Source: Macrostomum lignano
Taxonomy: Eukaryota
Direction: 5' to 3'
NCBI GenBank assembly: GCA_002269645.1
Contig: NIVC01003116.1
Span: 54,500-118,499, forward strand
DNA: 64,000 nucleotides
The position numbers were made by a program, and so were the translations under genes. A model generated the notes under the pieces. It saw only the letters and a list, made by a program, of their open reading frames with translations. It searched no databases and was not told the origin of the DNA. Positions 18,440 to 31,500 of this stretch are shown here, one piece after another. The first letter of the stretch is position 1; the number at the start of each line of letters is the position of its first letter.

Positions 18440-18662
18440 CCATTCTAATCGAAACTGGCACGTCTTTGTGCCATTTTAATCGAAACTGGCACGTCTTTGT
18501 GTCATTCAAATCGAAACTGGCACCATCTTTGTGCCATTCTAATCGAAATTGGCAATTGGCATATCTTTGTGTTTGTGCCATTCTAATCGAAACTGGCATA
18601 TCTTTGTGCCATTCTAATCGAAACTGGAATATCTTTGTGCCATTCTAATCGAAACTGGCACA
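18440..18662. repeat. 31-bp tandem repeat, ~7 copies
   Basis: Unit TTTGTGCCATTCTAATCGAAACTGGCA(C/T)(G/A)TC. Confidence 0.9.
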
Positions 18663-18796
18663 TCGTTTTGACATCATCAGAGAAAAAAATTAGAAATCGC
18701 TGAAAAATAGCCAAAATGAGAGAAATACTAATAGTATTACAGTGCAATATACTGCAAGACAAAGGTTTTGTCTTAGAAAAATTCGAAAAAAATATC

Positions 18797-18869
18797 CGCC
18801 CGAACAGGGACTCGAACCCTGGACCCTCAGATTAAAAGTCTGATGCTCTACCGACTGAGCTATCCGGGC
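18797..18869 (-). tRNA. tRNA-Lys (anticodon UUU)
   Basis: Reverse complement GCCCGGATAGCTCAGTCGGTAGAGCATCAGACTTTTAATCTGAGGGTCCAGGGTTCGAGTCCCTGTTCGGGCG: 73 nt, full cloverleaf, no encoded CCA, downstream T7 Pol III terminator. Confidence 0.97.
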
Positions 18870-19540
18870 TCCTGTATGGTGGCTCACACTCGGTGCATTA
18901 CATATCTGCTCTTTTTAAAATTAACTTTAAAAGTCGTTATGACTCAAGCCAAAGAAATCTAGATCTAGTAGTTCTAAGATCCCTATGCACAAGTCACGAA
19001 AGAAGAGGCAATAGACGCATATCGTTTTCTAGTAACCCACCCCACCACATTCAGCTAAGCGTCACTGCCAAGCAGGCCCCCAATACGTACTTGATGCTAT
19101 TTTTAGCCCGTCGAGAAGGCAAGCTTGGGTGTGGGGTAGAAAAGACAAGCGGCAGAACTCGGCCTGAAGAACTGCTGTCTGCTTTCAGTGCTTTTGCAAT
19201 ATTCAACTTACTTAGGTCTTAACTGTCGTCTCTGTCTTAAGTGAACCTACAAAACTAATAATTTACTACACAAGGATTACCTTAGATTATGCAGATGAGA
19301 AATGCATTATTAAAGTTTCGGTAGCGTCAAGGCTTACCTGTATTTTAAAGTATATGTAACTTGGCTGTACAGCTTATAATTAATATATTAGCTTATATGA
19401 CTGTTTGAAATTTGCCATTTGGGTGTACGGGTCAGCGGAGCTAGCGCTTCCTTTTATCAGCGGAGCCAGCGCTTCCTTTTATTGCTGCTAAAGTGCGCGC
19501 AGCCAGGGCCGGCTGCCTTCGGGGCGCTGCAATGCGTTTG

Positions 19541-19995
19541 GCGCCCCTGGTGCTGGAGCCCCTGGTGCTGGCGCCTCTGGTGCTGGCGCCTCTGGTGCTG
19601 GCGCCTCTGGTGCTGGCGCCTCTGGTGCTGGCGCCTCTGGTGCTGGCGCCTCTGGTGCTGGCGCCTCTGGTGCTGGCGCCTCTGGTGCTGGCGCCTCTGG
19701 TGCTGGCGCCTCTGGTGCTGGCGCCTCTGGTGCTGGCGCCTCTGGTGCTGGCGCCTCTGGTGCTGGCGCCTCTGGTGCTGGCGCCTCTGGTGCTGGCGCC
19801 TCTGGTGCTGGCGCCTCTGGTGCTGGCGCCTCTGGTGCTGGCGCCTCTGGTGCTGGCGCCTCTGGTGCTGGCGCCTCTGGTGCTGGCGCCTCTGGTGCTG
19901 GCGCCTCTGGTGCTGGCGCCTCTGGTGCTGGCGCCTCTGGTGCTGGCGCCTCTGGTGCTGGCGCCTCTGGTGCTAAAGCCCCTGGTGCTAAAGCC
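19541..19995 (-). repeat. 15-bp variant array of the (GGGGCTTTAGCACCAA)n satellite family, inverted orientation
   Basis: (TCTGGTGCTGGCGCC)n, ~30 copies, ending in CCCTGGTGCTAAAGCC, which is one substitution from the reverse complement of the 16-bp unit at 39.8 and 60.9 kb. Confidence 0.93.
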
Positions 19996-20589
19996 GAAAT
20001 GATTGAGGGCGCCAACGCCAAAAGTGAGAGCGCCAAAACCATCGCCGAAAAGCACCGTACACTAAAGCGCCAATAAGAACTACAACAAATTGTACAAGCA
20101 GGTTGCATTTGCATTTCAAACGCCTATCTGTGTACTGAAAGTAAAATACCTTTGTCTTTAAATATTCTTTAAAAAAAATAGCTCGTAGTTGAAGTCATGC
20201 CTTTATCATTCAAAGAATTTAAGGTTAACTTATATTAGCATTGGTTGTGCATTTAATAAGCAGAAGCAGGTCTGTAGCATTAAAAAAATGACCTTTATTT
20301 ACACGTTCTCGGGTATAACGTAGGCAATTATTTAATTAACTTGTTTGAGAGAAGAGGATTACTATTTGTTTTAATGTTCTGCAATAATATTTTTCTTAAA
20401 CGGATAAATTCTGTGCAATTTTATGTAGTTAACATAAACCTGGACACAAGCAAAGTTATTCGTGTACATCACAATAAAAGCAATGAAAATTGCTTGTGCA
20501 ATTAATTTTGTATCTTGTCTATCTTGATAAGAGCAATAGCTAAGAGAATTAGCTAATTTAAACAACAAAAAATGGTATTTTAATATTTA

Positions 20590-22249
20590 TGTAGCGTACT
20601 TTCCCGAAATTTCTTCAGATTTCTAAAAGTCAAAAAACTATTTCCAGAAACTTCTTTGAGTTAGCAGCTAATCTATAACATACGCATATAAATAGTAAAT
20701 AATTAATTATCACTTAAGTATTAATGTTCTAATTATATTTACGTAATGTATATAATTAAAGGGTTATTTCGCTTTGTTAAAATTAGCTAAATCTTTCTAG
20801 AAATTTCCGGAAGGCAATAACAAAGCTATAAATACACGGCGGCGGCAGTGAAACAAATCACTCACGCTCCCCTTGTTTTCTCTTTGATCTAAGTTCCGTT
20901 GGTAAATAACTAAATGAACCACCGCCTTGCTCTTATTCAATAAACAATTAAAGAAAATTCTACAATGGTCCGGTGAGGCGTCGAGCGATCTCTTGCAGAA
21001 TGCGTGTGCATACGCACGCCCGTGACCGCTCATCATGCCATCATTCGCGATCAGCACCGCCGTCGCTACCAACGCCGAAACATAGCACACCACTGTCTAC
21101 TGCCCAGCGTCATCACTTCTCAGCGTGTCTCCCGTCGCCGTCATGTAATATAAATTTAGCTAAACCGTCGCCAACCTCCCTGTTCCCACATCTAAAAACG
21201 ACACGGTATCTCGTCGGTGACCAAATAAACTACGCCTACACGGGCTCACGAACGGCCATCCGATCGAGCCATCCGCGCAGCTAAATGTATGACCTCCACG
21301 TATACGTACCAGCGACATCAACCGCAGCACCGCGCAGACGCGACGTTAGCACTGGGTCTCACCGTCGCGAAAAACTCAATTAGCAATCCACAATAAACCG
21401 GCTGGCACTACTGGCGAGTCTACACATTGCAACCTTCTACGAGGTTCCTCGATAAGCCGGTGGTCAACCAGCTGGCCTAACCCGGACGCCACCCATGAAT
21501 CTTCTCGGTTCTGTTTCAGCCGCAGAGCGACTACCCGCCTTGATCCCTGGCGCCTATCCGTAGTTCGGGAGTCGTCTGTCTGCAAACCGGCAATAACCCG
21601 CAGGTCGTTCCAAACTACAGCGACAAACCGCCATCCTGGAACAGTGCCGCAGAGACCACGGACTTGTTAACCGCCATAATGTACAATCAGTCTGAACTCC
21701 TCGACCGCAGTGCGAGCCCAGCTGCCCCTATCCGTCTCGCGGTGAACCCAGTCGTCATCTGTATTAATTTTCAGCAGCGTAATTTCAACCTGGACTTTAT
21801 TCACGGTAACCCAGCCTCTAATTAACATTAATTAACCGTCATACCTTAGGGACTCCGTCTCCCGTGGGGGGAACTGTTGTAGCGTACTTTCCCGAAATTT
21901 CTTCAGATTTCTAAAAGTCAAAAAACTATTTCCAGAAACTTCTTTGAGTTAGCAGCTAATCTATAACATACGCATATAAATAGTAAATAATTAATTATCA
22001 CTTAAGTATTAATGTTCTAATTATATTTACGTAATGTATATAATTAAAGGGTTATTTCGCTTTGTTAAAATTAGCTAAATCTTTCTAGAAATTTCCGGAA
22101 GGCAATAACAAAGCTATAAATACACGGCGGCAGTGAAACAAATCACTCACGCTCCCCTTGTTTTCTCTTTTATCTAAGTTCCGTTGGTAAATAACTAAAT
22201 GAACCACCGCCTTGCTCTTATTCAATAAACAATTAAAGAAAATTCTACA
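20590..22249 (+). mobile_element. Young non-autonomous LTR retrotransposon (TRIM-like), 1.66 kb
   Basis: LTRs 20590-20964 (375 bp) and 21878-22249 (372 bp), termini TGTAG...CTACA; differences I could find by eye are one 3-bp indel and one substitution. TTTA duplication on both flanks; PBS-like TGGTCCGGTGAG at 20966; polypurine tract GTGGGGGGAA just before the 3' LTR; 913-bp interior with no gag/pol ORF. Confidence 0.93.
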
Positions 22250-23459
22250 TTTAAACTACAGTGCAAAAATGGCTATCCGAGACGTGTATTTAAAAACTCA
22301 TATCGCAGTAATTGTTACAATAAATATGGAAAATTGATGGATGTTTTAACAATTTGTTTAAAATGAATTGCTTGTATTATGCATATTTCCGCCAAAACAA
22401 ACAAAAAACTAGCTAACAATAGAACTATTCAGTCAGATTGAGCTTTCGGCGACCTGTAATAATCAAAGACTAATCTACAAATAGAGCGTTTCCTGCAACA
22501 AGACTACATCATGTAATAATGCGAGTTTAATCTTGATTGGTAGGGGCATTTTGATGCGATAGAAATTTATTAGCACCAAAAATGCCCAGAACCCACTGTT
22601 AAATAGGTACATAGCAGTGGGCCAACCCCCCCCCCCATCGCCCTCACCCTCAAAAATTTGTGATTCGCCCTAAGAGACAGGAATAGGGGCGCCCACCAAG
22701 AGACAGGGGCGCCAGTCAAGATATCAAACATAAAACTCGTGCAAACTTCCAAGCACTATTTAATCTAGTAGATAATAAACGTCTAGCGACATAAACAGTA
22801 CTCTATTAGGAGATCGAAACGAAACACACTCAAAAAGCTCAAGCGTGCAAAAATCAAAAGTCAGAGAATAAGTAACAAAAAATTACATAAAAATTTCGAT
22901 TGAAGACGACGTTTTAATGGAAAAAGTCAGTCAAATTATCGCAAAACTTGGTCTCGAATGCAGTTCAATACATAATAGTAATTAGTAATAGGTGCATTAT
23001 AGGTGCACAGTCGAAAATGGACACAAAACTCTATTTAGCAATCAATTAATAAAACAGGCAAGCTCGTAATTCTGTCAAAATGGTAGACCCTATTAGTACA
23101 AAGTATATAATGTCAGCAGGAAGGTGTAAATACTCTACTCACAGTCATTAGTAGAGATAGCTATGCAATGGACAGGTAGGTTGTTTTCGATAGCACTTAT
23201 TTAAGAAAATTGTTAAACAAACATCACCGCCATTGGACCCAAAGGAAATCAGAATGGTTGCGGTGCAAATTTAATTTTAAAAAATCATGTACAAATAAAA
23301 AAATGGTTTAAAGAATTTAAATTAGGGTAAACAATTAGGATAGGTTGTATGCTTGTTACAATTTTTGGGGTTGCAGTGCTAATTTAGAGTTCAGAGTTCA
23401 AAAGAACGAACAACAAGCATTTAACTCGATGTACAGAAGTGACGCAAGACGGGCGAAAC

Positions 23460-23940
23460 TTAGCCTAGGGCAGTCCCAATTTAGCCCAGCCAATGAGAGA
23501 GCAGTAAGGAGAGAGGTCAGAGTCAGACGGACGAAACTCAGCCTAGGGGGTAGGCCCAATTTAGCCCAGCCAATGAGAGAGCAGTAAGGAGAGATACCAA
23601 AGTCAGACGGACGAAACTCAGCCTAAGGGGGCAGGCCCAATCTTGCTCAGCCAATGAGAGAGCAGTAAGGAGAGAGGTCAGAGTCAGACGGACGAAACTC
23701 AGCCTAGGGGGTAGGCCCAATTTAGCCCAGCCAATGAGAGAGCAGTAAGGAGAGAGGTCAGAGTCAGACGGACGAAACTCAGCCTAGGGGGTAGGCCCAA
23801 TTTAGCCCAGCCAATGAGAGAGCAGTAAGGAGAGATACCAAAGTCAGACGGACGAAACTCAGCCTAAGGGGGCAGTCCCAATTTAGCCCAGCCAATGAGA
23901 GAGCAGTAAGGAGAGAGGTCAGAGTCAGACGGACGAAACT
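23460..23940. repeat. 80-bp tandem repeat, ~6 copies
   Basis: Unit TTAGCCCAGCCAATGAGAGAGCAGTAAGGAGAGAGGTCAGAGTCAGACGGACGAAACTCAGCCTAGGGGGTAGGCCCAAT; period 80 (23481, 23561). Confidence 0.93.
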
Positions 23941-24414
23941 CTGCAACTTAACTTTATATAAACAGCTTTATTTCCATTCTCGTATCTTGTCAACGGGAGA
24001 AACAAGAGGGTAAGACTAAGGGGAAAGCCACTCTTTTCTTTTCCTGCTCGCTATGCACATGCAACTGCATAGATCTAATAGTCTTTAATTTAATTCTTTT
24101 GAAATAATTTTCAGTATGAGACAGTCTGGACTCCGTAAAACAGGGGGAAGATGAAGATGCTGATTCAATGGGTCTGATTGTAGAAAGCAGATGTAATTGT
24201 TGCTGCATTTAAAAACTTTTAATATTCTTTAAAGTCTTTTGCTATTTATGCCACTGAAAAAGTAGGTGGGGTGAGTGCATTTCAAGCAGATCCTCTGTTC
24301 TAATTTTACCGCGCTATTTTAAAATCATTTGCTTCACTAACCTGAAATTGGCTCTTTCTAGCGCGAATTGGAATTTGGATAAAAAATGAGACACGATCCC
24401 AGGAAGAATTCAAT

Positions 24415-25523
24415 TCAATTGCCAAAAGAATTGTCAACAGCGTTTTGCCCTTTGTCTGCGCCCAGCCACTGTCGGATAACCTTTCGAAAATAGGACACAG
24501 TGCCGCGTAGCATAATGCAAAACCAATAGACCTGCAGCGAGCCAAGTATAATGCAACTAATAGTGCATTTAATAGGAATCTTGCCGAGCACCTGGCTGAA
24601 TGGAATACCTCTGTATTGGGCGTAGCAATAGTACAAATATGGAAACATCAGAATGCGACCAATTAGCATTGCGCCGAGCATCACTAGGCCGTTGCTAATG
24701 TAAACTGGAGACGCCTTGCAATCCAACTGCAATGTCAGTTATTAGATAAGAAGCCATTTTAATTTAAAGTCCCGATGGATCAGAGGTGTACATTTGTATG
24801 TAAATGAAAATGGAGTGTTGGTGCAGAGTTTTTGGCTACAGAACACAAAAAACACTGCTTTTTTCTTTCAAAAACTATTGGGGGTAAATGAGCTTACAAT
24901 TGGAGGGAATCTGATGACTTACCTTGGCCAGAATATGCCTGGTCTGAATGTACGGTACAGGCAATTCAAATACATAGAATGCTCCCACAACAAAATCGCC
25001 CAGACCATTCCGGAAGTACTGTAAATGAATTGAATAGATCATATATTTGCAATTATATATGATAATAAAGATATTACCAACAAAAAATTCTTACCAGCAA
25101 CGACGGATAGAACATCAAAGGCAGGGCAAAATGATGAAGAAACATCAGCTTGCGTTTAACCCAGAAAAGCTTGAGAGCCGGTATCAAGTTGTGCCAATTC
25201 GACGAAATACGCCTATCCTTAAGGGGCTCCGTGCGCAGGTACAAAGCCATGGCCATCACAACCAGATCGTAGTAAAAATACGGTACACCAAATCTAGCAT
25301 ACGCATTTGTCAGCCAATGACTGAAAAAAGATTTGTTTAGGTGGTTCTACTGATAGTAGAGTAACTTGCGTATGTTTATTTTTCTAAATGTTCAAAAAAA
25401 GAATTAAAACATGAATGAATAAAAAACAATTAATACCTGTCGTAAATCATATCATGGCGGCAGTTCATCATGACAACCAAGCCGACAAAAACAGCAATGC
25501 ATGCCTGAATGATAGACACGACA
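24415..25523 (-). CDS. TLC-domain membrane protein (TLCD3/FAM57-like), paralog A; first exon not resolved
   Basis: Exons 25523-25437, 25320-25095, 25018-24923, 24726-24415 (stop), GT-AG and frame-consistent. Motifs VVSIIQA..HWLTNAY..PYFYYD, LMFLHH, GLGDFVVGAFYVFELPVPYIQ.R, LYISNG-like ..GRILMFPYLY match the TLC (TRAM/LAG1/CLN8) family. Confidence 0.88.
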
Positions 25524-26114
25524 CTAAAATATAAATGCAAAAACGAAAATTTTCCTCACGATTATATAGTTTTCGATACATATAGGCAAAATTCGCTTGT
25601 CTGAAAAACATTCAAAACCATAAGTTGTTGCTTCTACAAATAAAATATAGAGTGGCCATCCATGAAAATGTTTAGTACAAAGATCAGAGATAATCACCCT
25701 GATCTGTATTCTTGCCCTTTAAAATTAATAGAAAAAGCTGAACTATATTATGACATTGATTATAGTTCTATATAAACTAAAAATAGAAGGAATAAAAAAA
25801 TTGCTAGCAATTGCTGCTGCAAGCATTTTTGTTAACCGGCAATTAGATTCGTTTCTGCTTCTTTGTTTTATTTAGCAAAAAAAGGACAGTTAGTCAATTG
25901 GCTATTTAGGAAGGATTAACGCTAAATAACATATCGTTAATGAATTCCTTGTTACGTAGAATAAATGTAATACACACGTATTAATTCACACTAAAAAAAG
26001 TGCTTCAATTTGGTTGTAAAATTAAAAAAAAGTGGTGAAATAGATGGTGTGATCAATTTTTTTAAATAAATGAACAAGTCAAGATAGGCAAGTAATTGTC
26101 AGTCAAAAAATTTC

Positions 26115-26187
26115 CGCCCGAACAGGGACTCGAACCCTGGACCCTCAGATTAAAAGTCTGATGCTCTACCGACTGAGCTATCCGGGC
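26115..26187 (-). tRNA. tRNA-Lys (anticodon UUU), identical to the 18.8-kb copy
   Basis: Same 73-nt sequence, followed by a T-run terminator on the minus strand. Confidence 0.97.
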
Positions 26188-26749
26188 TCCGACAGTTAAC
26201 AGCACTAAAATCCATAATAAATGAAAAGTATTCAACGGCAAGTAATGTGAGCAGTCAGCAAACATTCCAAGCAAAAATATATTTCTTTTCTACTACTAAT
26301 ATATCTTCTTATATCAGCTTTAATTGCGAATGGGCAAGAATTTAATTGATAAAAACATGATTGTAAAAACACCTTGTCTTGTGAGCTTATTTTGCTACAA
26401 AGAAAATCTGAGATGATGGTCAACTGTCAACACGACAACACTCAACTGTCTCAACACTTGGCAAATTTGTGAATAAAATATTCATGAAACATTGTAATTA
26501 TGTTAATTTTGGTAGAATTCAGCAACTATTAGAAAAAAATTAATTGTTTCATCATTTGGCAACTACTACGAATCAATAAAAAACTATGAACACTACAATT
26601 CTTTTTTGCATTTTTTCAGTTACTAAATAAAAAATCGAATGTAATTAGCAAATAGTGCTACTAACACTTTCAGTGCTGAGAAAAGTAGCGTGTGATTTGC
26701 AAACAAACAAAAAAATGCTTATAATTTAATAATTTATATTTTTATACCT

Positions 26750-27630
26750 AAATTTCTGAGATTCTCACTCAGATTTCTGAGATTCTCTCCCATAGATTGT
26801 TGAGATTATCTCCTATATATTCCTGAGATTCTCACCGATAGATTGCTGAAATTCTCGCCCATAGATTGCTGAGATTCTCACCCATAGATTGCTGAGATTC
26901 TCACCCACAGTTTGCTTAGAATCTCACCCATAGACTTCTGAGATTCCCATCCATAGACTTCTGAGATTCCCATCCATAGATTGCTGAGATTCTCACCCAT
27001 AGATTGGTGAGATTATCTCACATAGATTTCTGAGATTCTTACCCATAGATTTCTGAGATTTTCACCGATAGATTTCTGAGATTCTCACCCATAGATTTCT
27101 GAGATTTTCACCGATAGATTTCTGAGATTCTCACCGATAGACTTCTGAGATTCTCACCCATAAAATCTACAAACCTAATAGTAGTCTGGGTAAGATTGTA
27201 GCTGAGATTCTCACCCATAGATTGCTGAGATTCTCACCCATAGATTGCTGAGAATCTCACCCATAGACTTCTGAGATTCCCACCCATAGATTGCTGAGAT
27301 TCTCACCCATAGATTGCGGAGAATCTCACCCATAGACTTCTGAGATTTCCACCCATATATTGCTGAGATTCTCACCCATAGATTGCGGAGAATCTCACCC
27401 ATAGACTTCTGAGATTTCCACCCATATATTGCTGAGATTCTCACCCATAGATTGCGGAGAATCTCACCCATAGACTTCTGAGATTTCCACCCATATATTG
27501 CTGAGATTCTCACCCATAGATTGCGGAGAATCTCACCCATAGACTTCTGAGATTTCCACCCATATATTGCTGAGATTCTCACCTATAGATTTCTAAGATT
27601 TCCACCCATAGATTGCTGAGATTCTCACCC
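26750..27630. repeat. 23-bp minisatellite
   Basis: Unit ATTCTCACCCATAGATTGCTGAG with variants; a 3-unit (69-bp) higher-order period is visible at 27230-27600. Confidence 0.94.
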
Positions 27631-28069
27631 CAAAACTACTGGGATCAGCACCAAAAGAGAGCCGAAGAACAGGCAGTGTAAGCTCGCTAAGTATGGAGGC
27701 GATGGTTAAAAAACGTGACAACTTTTGACAGCACCTTTGATTAACAAATAAAGATGGTTTGAAAAAGTCAACCGAAAAAACACAGCCATAGAAATCAAGG
27801 TGACGGATGAAGACAAAAAATGTTTTTGTTGCACAGCAATTCGACGAAAAAATTATTAGAAATTGTGAACGTAAACATTCCAAATAAAATAGACAAAAAC
27901 TTGATACATATTTTTGTAACAAATATGTATTTTTGGCATCAAAGTTAAAACTTAAGTAGCTACTATTCATCCAAATATCTAAATAGAAGTATTTTTTTTA
28001 TTCTAAATCGCATTGCGAATAACATGTTTGAAATAGTAACATTAGAGTGTGTTAAAGAGACCGCAATCA

Positions 28070-28420
28070 GTTCACAACCCACCATACCAGTCTACAACTC
28101 ACCATACCAGTTTACAACCCACCATACCAGTAGTCTATAACCCACCATACCAGTTTACAGCCCACCATATCAGTTTACAACCCACCGTATCAGTTCACAA
28201 CCCACCATACCAGTTTACAACCCACCATACCAGTTTACAACCCACCATACCATTTTACAACCCACCATACCATTTTACAACCCACCATACCAGTTTACAA
28301 CCTACCGTATCAGTTTACAACCCACCATACCAGTTTACAACCTACCGTATCAGTTTACAACCCACCATACCAGTTTAAAACCTACCGTATCAGTTCACAA
28401 CCCACCATAACAGTCTAAAA
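28070..28420. repeat. 20-bp minisatellite
   Basis: Unit CAACCCACCATACCAGTTTA. Confidence 0.93.
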
Positions 28421-28563
28421 CCCAAACTCGTTTGCACCTTTCTAGAAATAGTTTTACTAAAAATAACGCATTAAAATGTAATTTCGCGAAGAGATAGAAA
28501 AATCTACCGCATAGAATAATATTAGCAGCTAGTTTAAATGAAAAAACCATATCATTTGCAGTC

Positions 28564-31500
28564 TTATTCTGCTTTGCCGTGAGATCGCAAATATTTAGCT
28601 AGCTTCTTAATCATCATGCCAAACCAATAACCCTGCATAATTAGCATTGATAGCATGCCAATATTGCAAGGTTTCGGCAGCAAACCAATGCCTTGAAATA
28701 GTGGCACTCCGCGATAATCTGCGTATCTCTTGTAGATGTAGAATAATAACACAATTCGCGACAGAAAGAATGTCACAACCAGTACGATTCCGTTCCACAG
28801 GTACAGGGGCATTTCGGATAGGCCCAGCTGAAAAAAATGCAATTTAAAATATTGTTTGGGTAAAATAATGTAGCCGATATGTATCGAAAAACACATAATC
28901 TACTAACATTGAACGCATTAGACAACTACAAAACGACTTGAAGTATTTGTACTGTTGTTTAACTATTTACTTTGTTTTTAAACCGTTACAATTTGGCCAT
29001 TCATTCCGCCCTAAAATGAAACATGTGTATAGTACATGACGGTTTTTGTGGGGGATACCTACTCCATATTCTTATTAATGATTCTTTTTCATGACTTACC
29101 CTGTACATTACGTGACGGATTTGAATGAACGGCACAGAAAAGTCCATTAGAAAGAAGCAGGCTACAATAAAATCGCCTTTGCCGTTACGAAACCACTGAA
29201 AATTAATTTGATAATGAGAAATTCTACATAATCATTAATTTAATGCACTACTTCTAACGTGTCAGTAGCAAACATAGACTTTTATCAGTAGAAATACGCG
29301 TAACAAGAGGAACTCCTTTTAAAAATTACAATTAAAGAAAAAATGCATTATTATTAAAAACTTACCATTAGAGTTGGATAAAAGAATAACAGAGTGATAA
29401 TGTGATGCAGCATCATTAGAGGCTGGCTACGAAAGAATCCAACAAATATTGTTAAGCCACCTTTTAGATTCCTATCTAAACCATAGCAATAGGGCTTCAT
29501 CACTGTATCGTACAGGTAGTAGCCGGAGCTAAAGTACACCCACGCGTTCAACAGCCAAAATCTGAAGCGAAGTTTAGAAAGATTGGATCTTAGAAGTTGA
29601 TAGCTAGGCCTATGGGACTGGCAGCTAAGCATATAGGACTGGCACTAGAGGTTACTCACTTGTCTTCCATAATGTCCATATTGTTCAGATGGTAGATTGT
29701 GATGGCTGCAAAGAGCCAACTCAAAACTGAGAAGACAAATGTTGCCACTCTGAAATGCAGGTTAAATTAGGAATTTTATTTTACTTCATGTAATAAAGGC
29801 CTTAAGAATCAAAATTTTAATTTAATCACTGTGACAATCTTAGGTATTTGTGATAATTAAGATGCAATTATTTTGAAATCTTGGCAGCGCCACATCATTT
29901 AGTAATAGGGTATGGTATCTACAGATTCTTTAATTATAAGTGAGAAATACAAAAGCCATCTGAAAAGTAGCTTATATAGGTAACTAAAAGTATTTTAATA
30001 ATATAAGAGATTGTATAAAATGGTTTTTATGCAAGACAATACAAAACACAAGACAATTTTGTGCAACATGAATTTAGAAGTCAGGACAGTCATAAAACTA
30101 CAAAATAGACTTATGCAAACTATACTAACACTAGGTAATAAAATTAAAAGACAAATAATCAACAACACCAAGCTAACTTAATGTAGCGACAATAAATGTT
30201 GAAACCAAACTTACCAATTTAATAATTAATAGATGCAGCTGATTATGCAAGACACTCCAACAATATACTTCAATGGCTGCTTGCATTGCATAGTTACAAT
30301 ATAGCATTTATATATAAGCATGCCAAAATACATAGGGAATAGGCAAATTAAATAATCATATATCATTTCTAAAGTAATTAACAGAAAAATTACAAAAAAG
30401 ATCCATTTTAGAGAGAGCCACAAAAGTTGATATACAGAAATGGCATACTTAGTCAAGTTTAAAAACATAATAGTCAAATAAAATTAATTTATATGGCCAT
30501 ATTTATAGCATTTAGAGAACTCATCTTTATAAGAAATAGTTTCTAATAGCCAATATAATTAGTATGTCTAGTTATATATAATAGGTTTTGTTTTCAGTAG
30601 ACTAACTTTCTCAGAAATATAATAATTCAAAACTCAATTATTTCTAATACTGTATAAATATTACTAATATTTTGTATATTTTATATATGTTGTTTGTATA
30701 AAATAGTAAAGAGAAATTTTACTATAAATAGGGGCCATCTGAGAGCCTAGTCAAATAAATCATCTTCATGTTTGATTAAACAAGACTTGTTCTTATAATT
30801 GCAGCTTGCAAAGCATCTCTCCAATTATTATATTTGGAGAAGAAAGTCAATCAGCCTCAGGGCTTGTATCTGCTCTTGTGTTAATTATATGTGTTAAGTA
30901 GATAGTGACTTAGGTATAGCCCCAAGATTGGGAGAATTTAATCCATCCTTAGAGAATGAGACATCCAGATTTATAATCTGAGAAAGCACCTTTAGAAGGC
31001 AGAAATCCTACCACAGGGTAAAATAGTCCAGACTCAGAGTCTGAGAAACCCACCTCAGGGCAAAATACCTAGCAAGTAAGCTGTAATCCTCTGATCCCAG
31101 AAACACCCAGGACTGAGAGAATAAAAACTTTTGGAGTATAGAGATAGGATAGATAGTGCCATAAGACCACTTAGGCCAGAAGTACAGTACATATACATAT
31201 GTTACCAGTAGATTAATACATGCGCTACCAGTAGATAAATATACCAGTATATGCTACCAGAAGTACAAATATCTATAAAAGTATAAGAATTATAGGGACT
31301 ATTAGAACAACTTTGGTGTCAGTAATAGAATAAATTAGATAGAGAGCAATCAGCACTGTTACAACTTTGGTGGCAGCTTTAGGAAATTTACAGGATATGA
31401 ATTTGAAGGCATCATTGAGATTATTATAGAGGAGAAAGCACTGCAACATATATACATAAATAATAATAAAATAAAATAAATTAGGCAATTATGATATTTG

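Noticed and set aside
18797-18869. tRNA-Lys match read as a retroviral primer-binding site (CGCCCGAACAGGGAC)
   Set aside because: The complete 73-nt gene is present without TGG/CCA and with a Pol III terminator; no adjacent LTR.
19419-20114. APEAP / GASTR / LVLAP repeat ORFs resembling mucin or cell-wall proteins
   Set aside because: Translation of the 15-bp satellite; the same family recurs as non-coding arrays.
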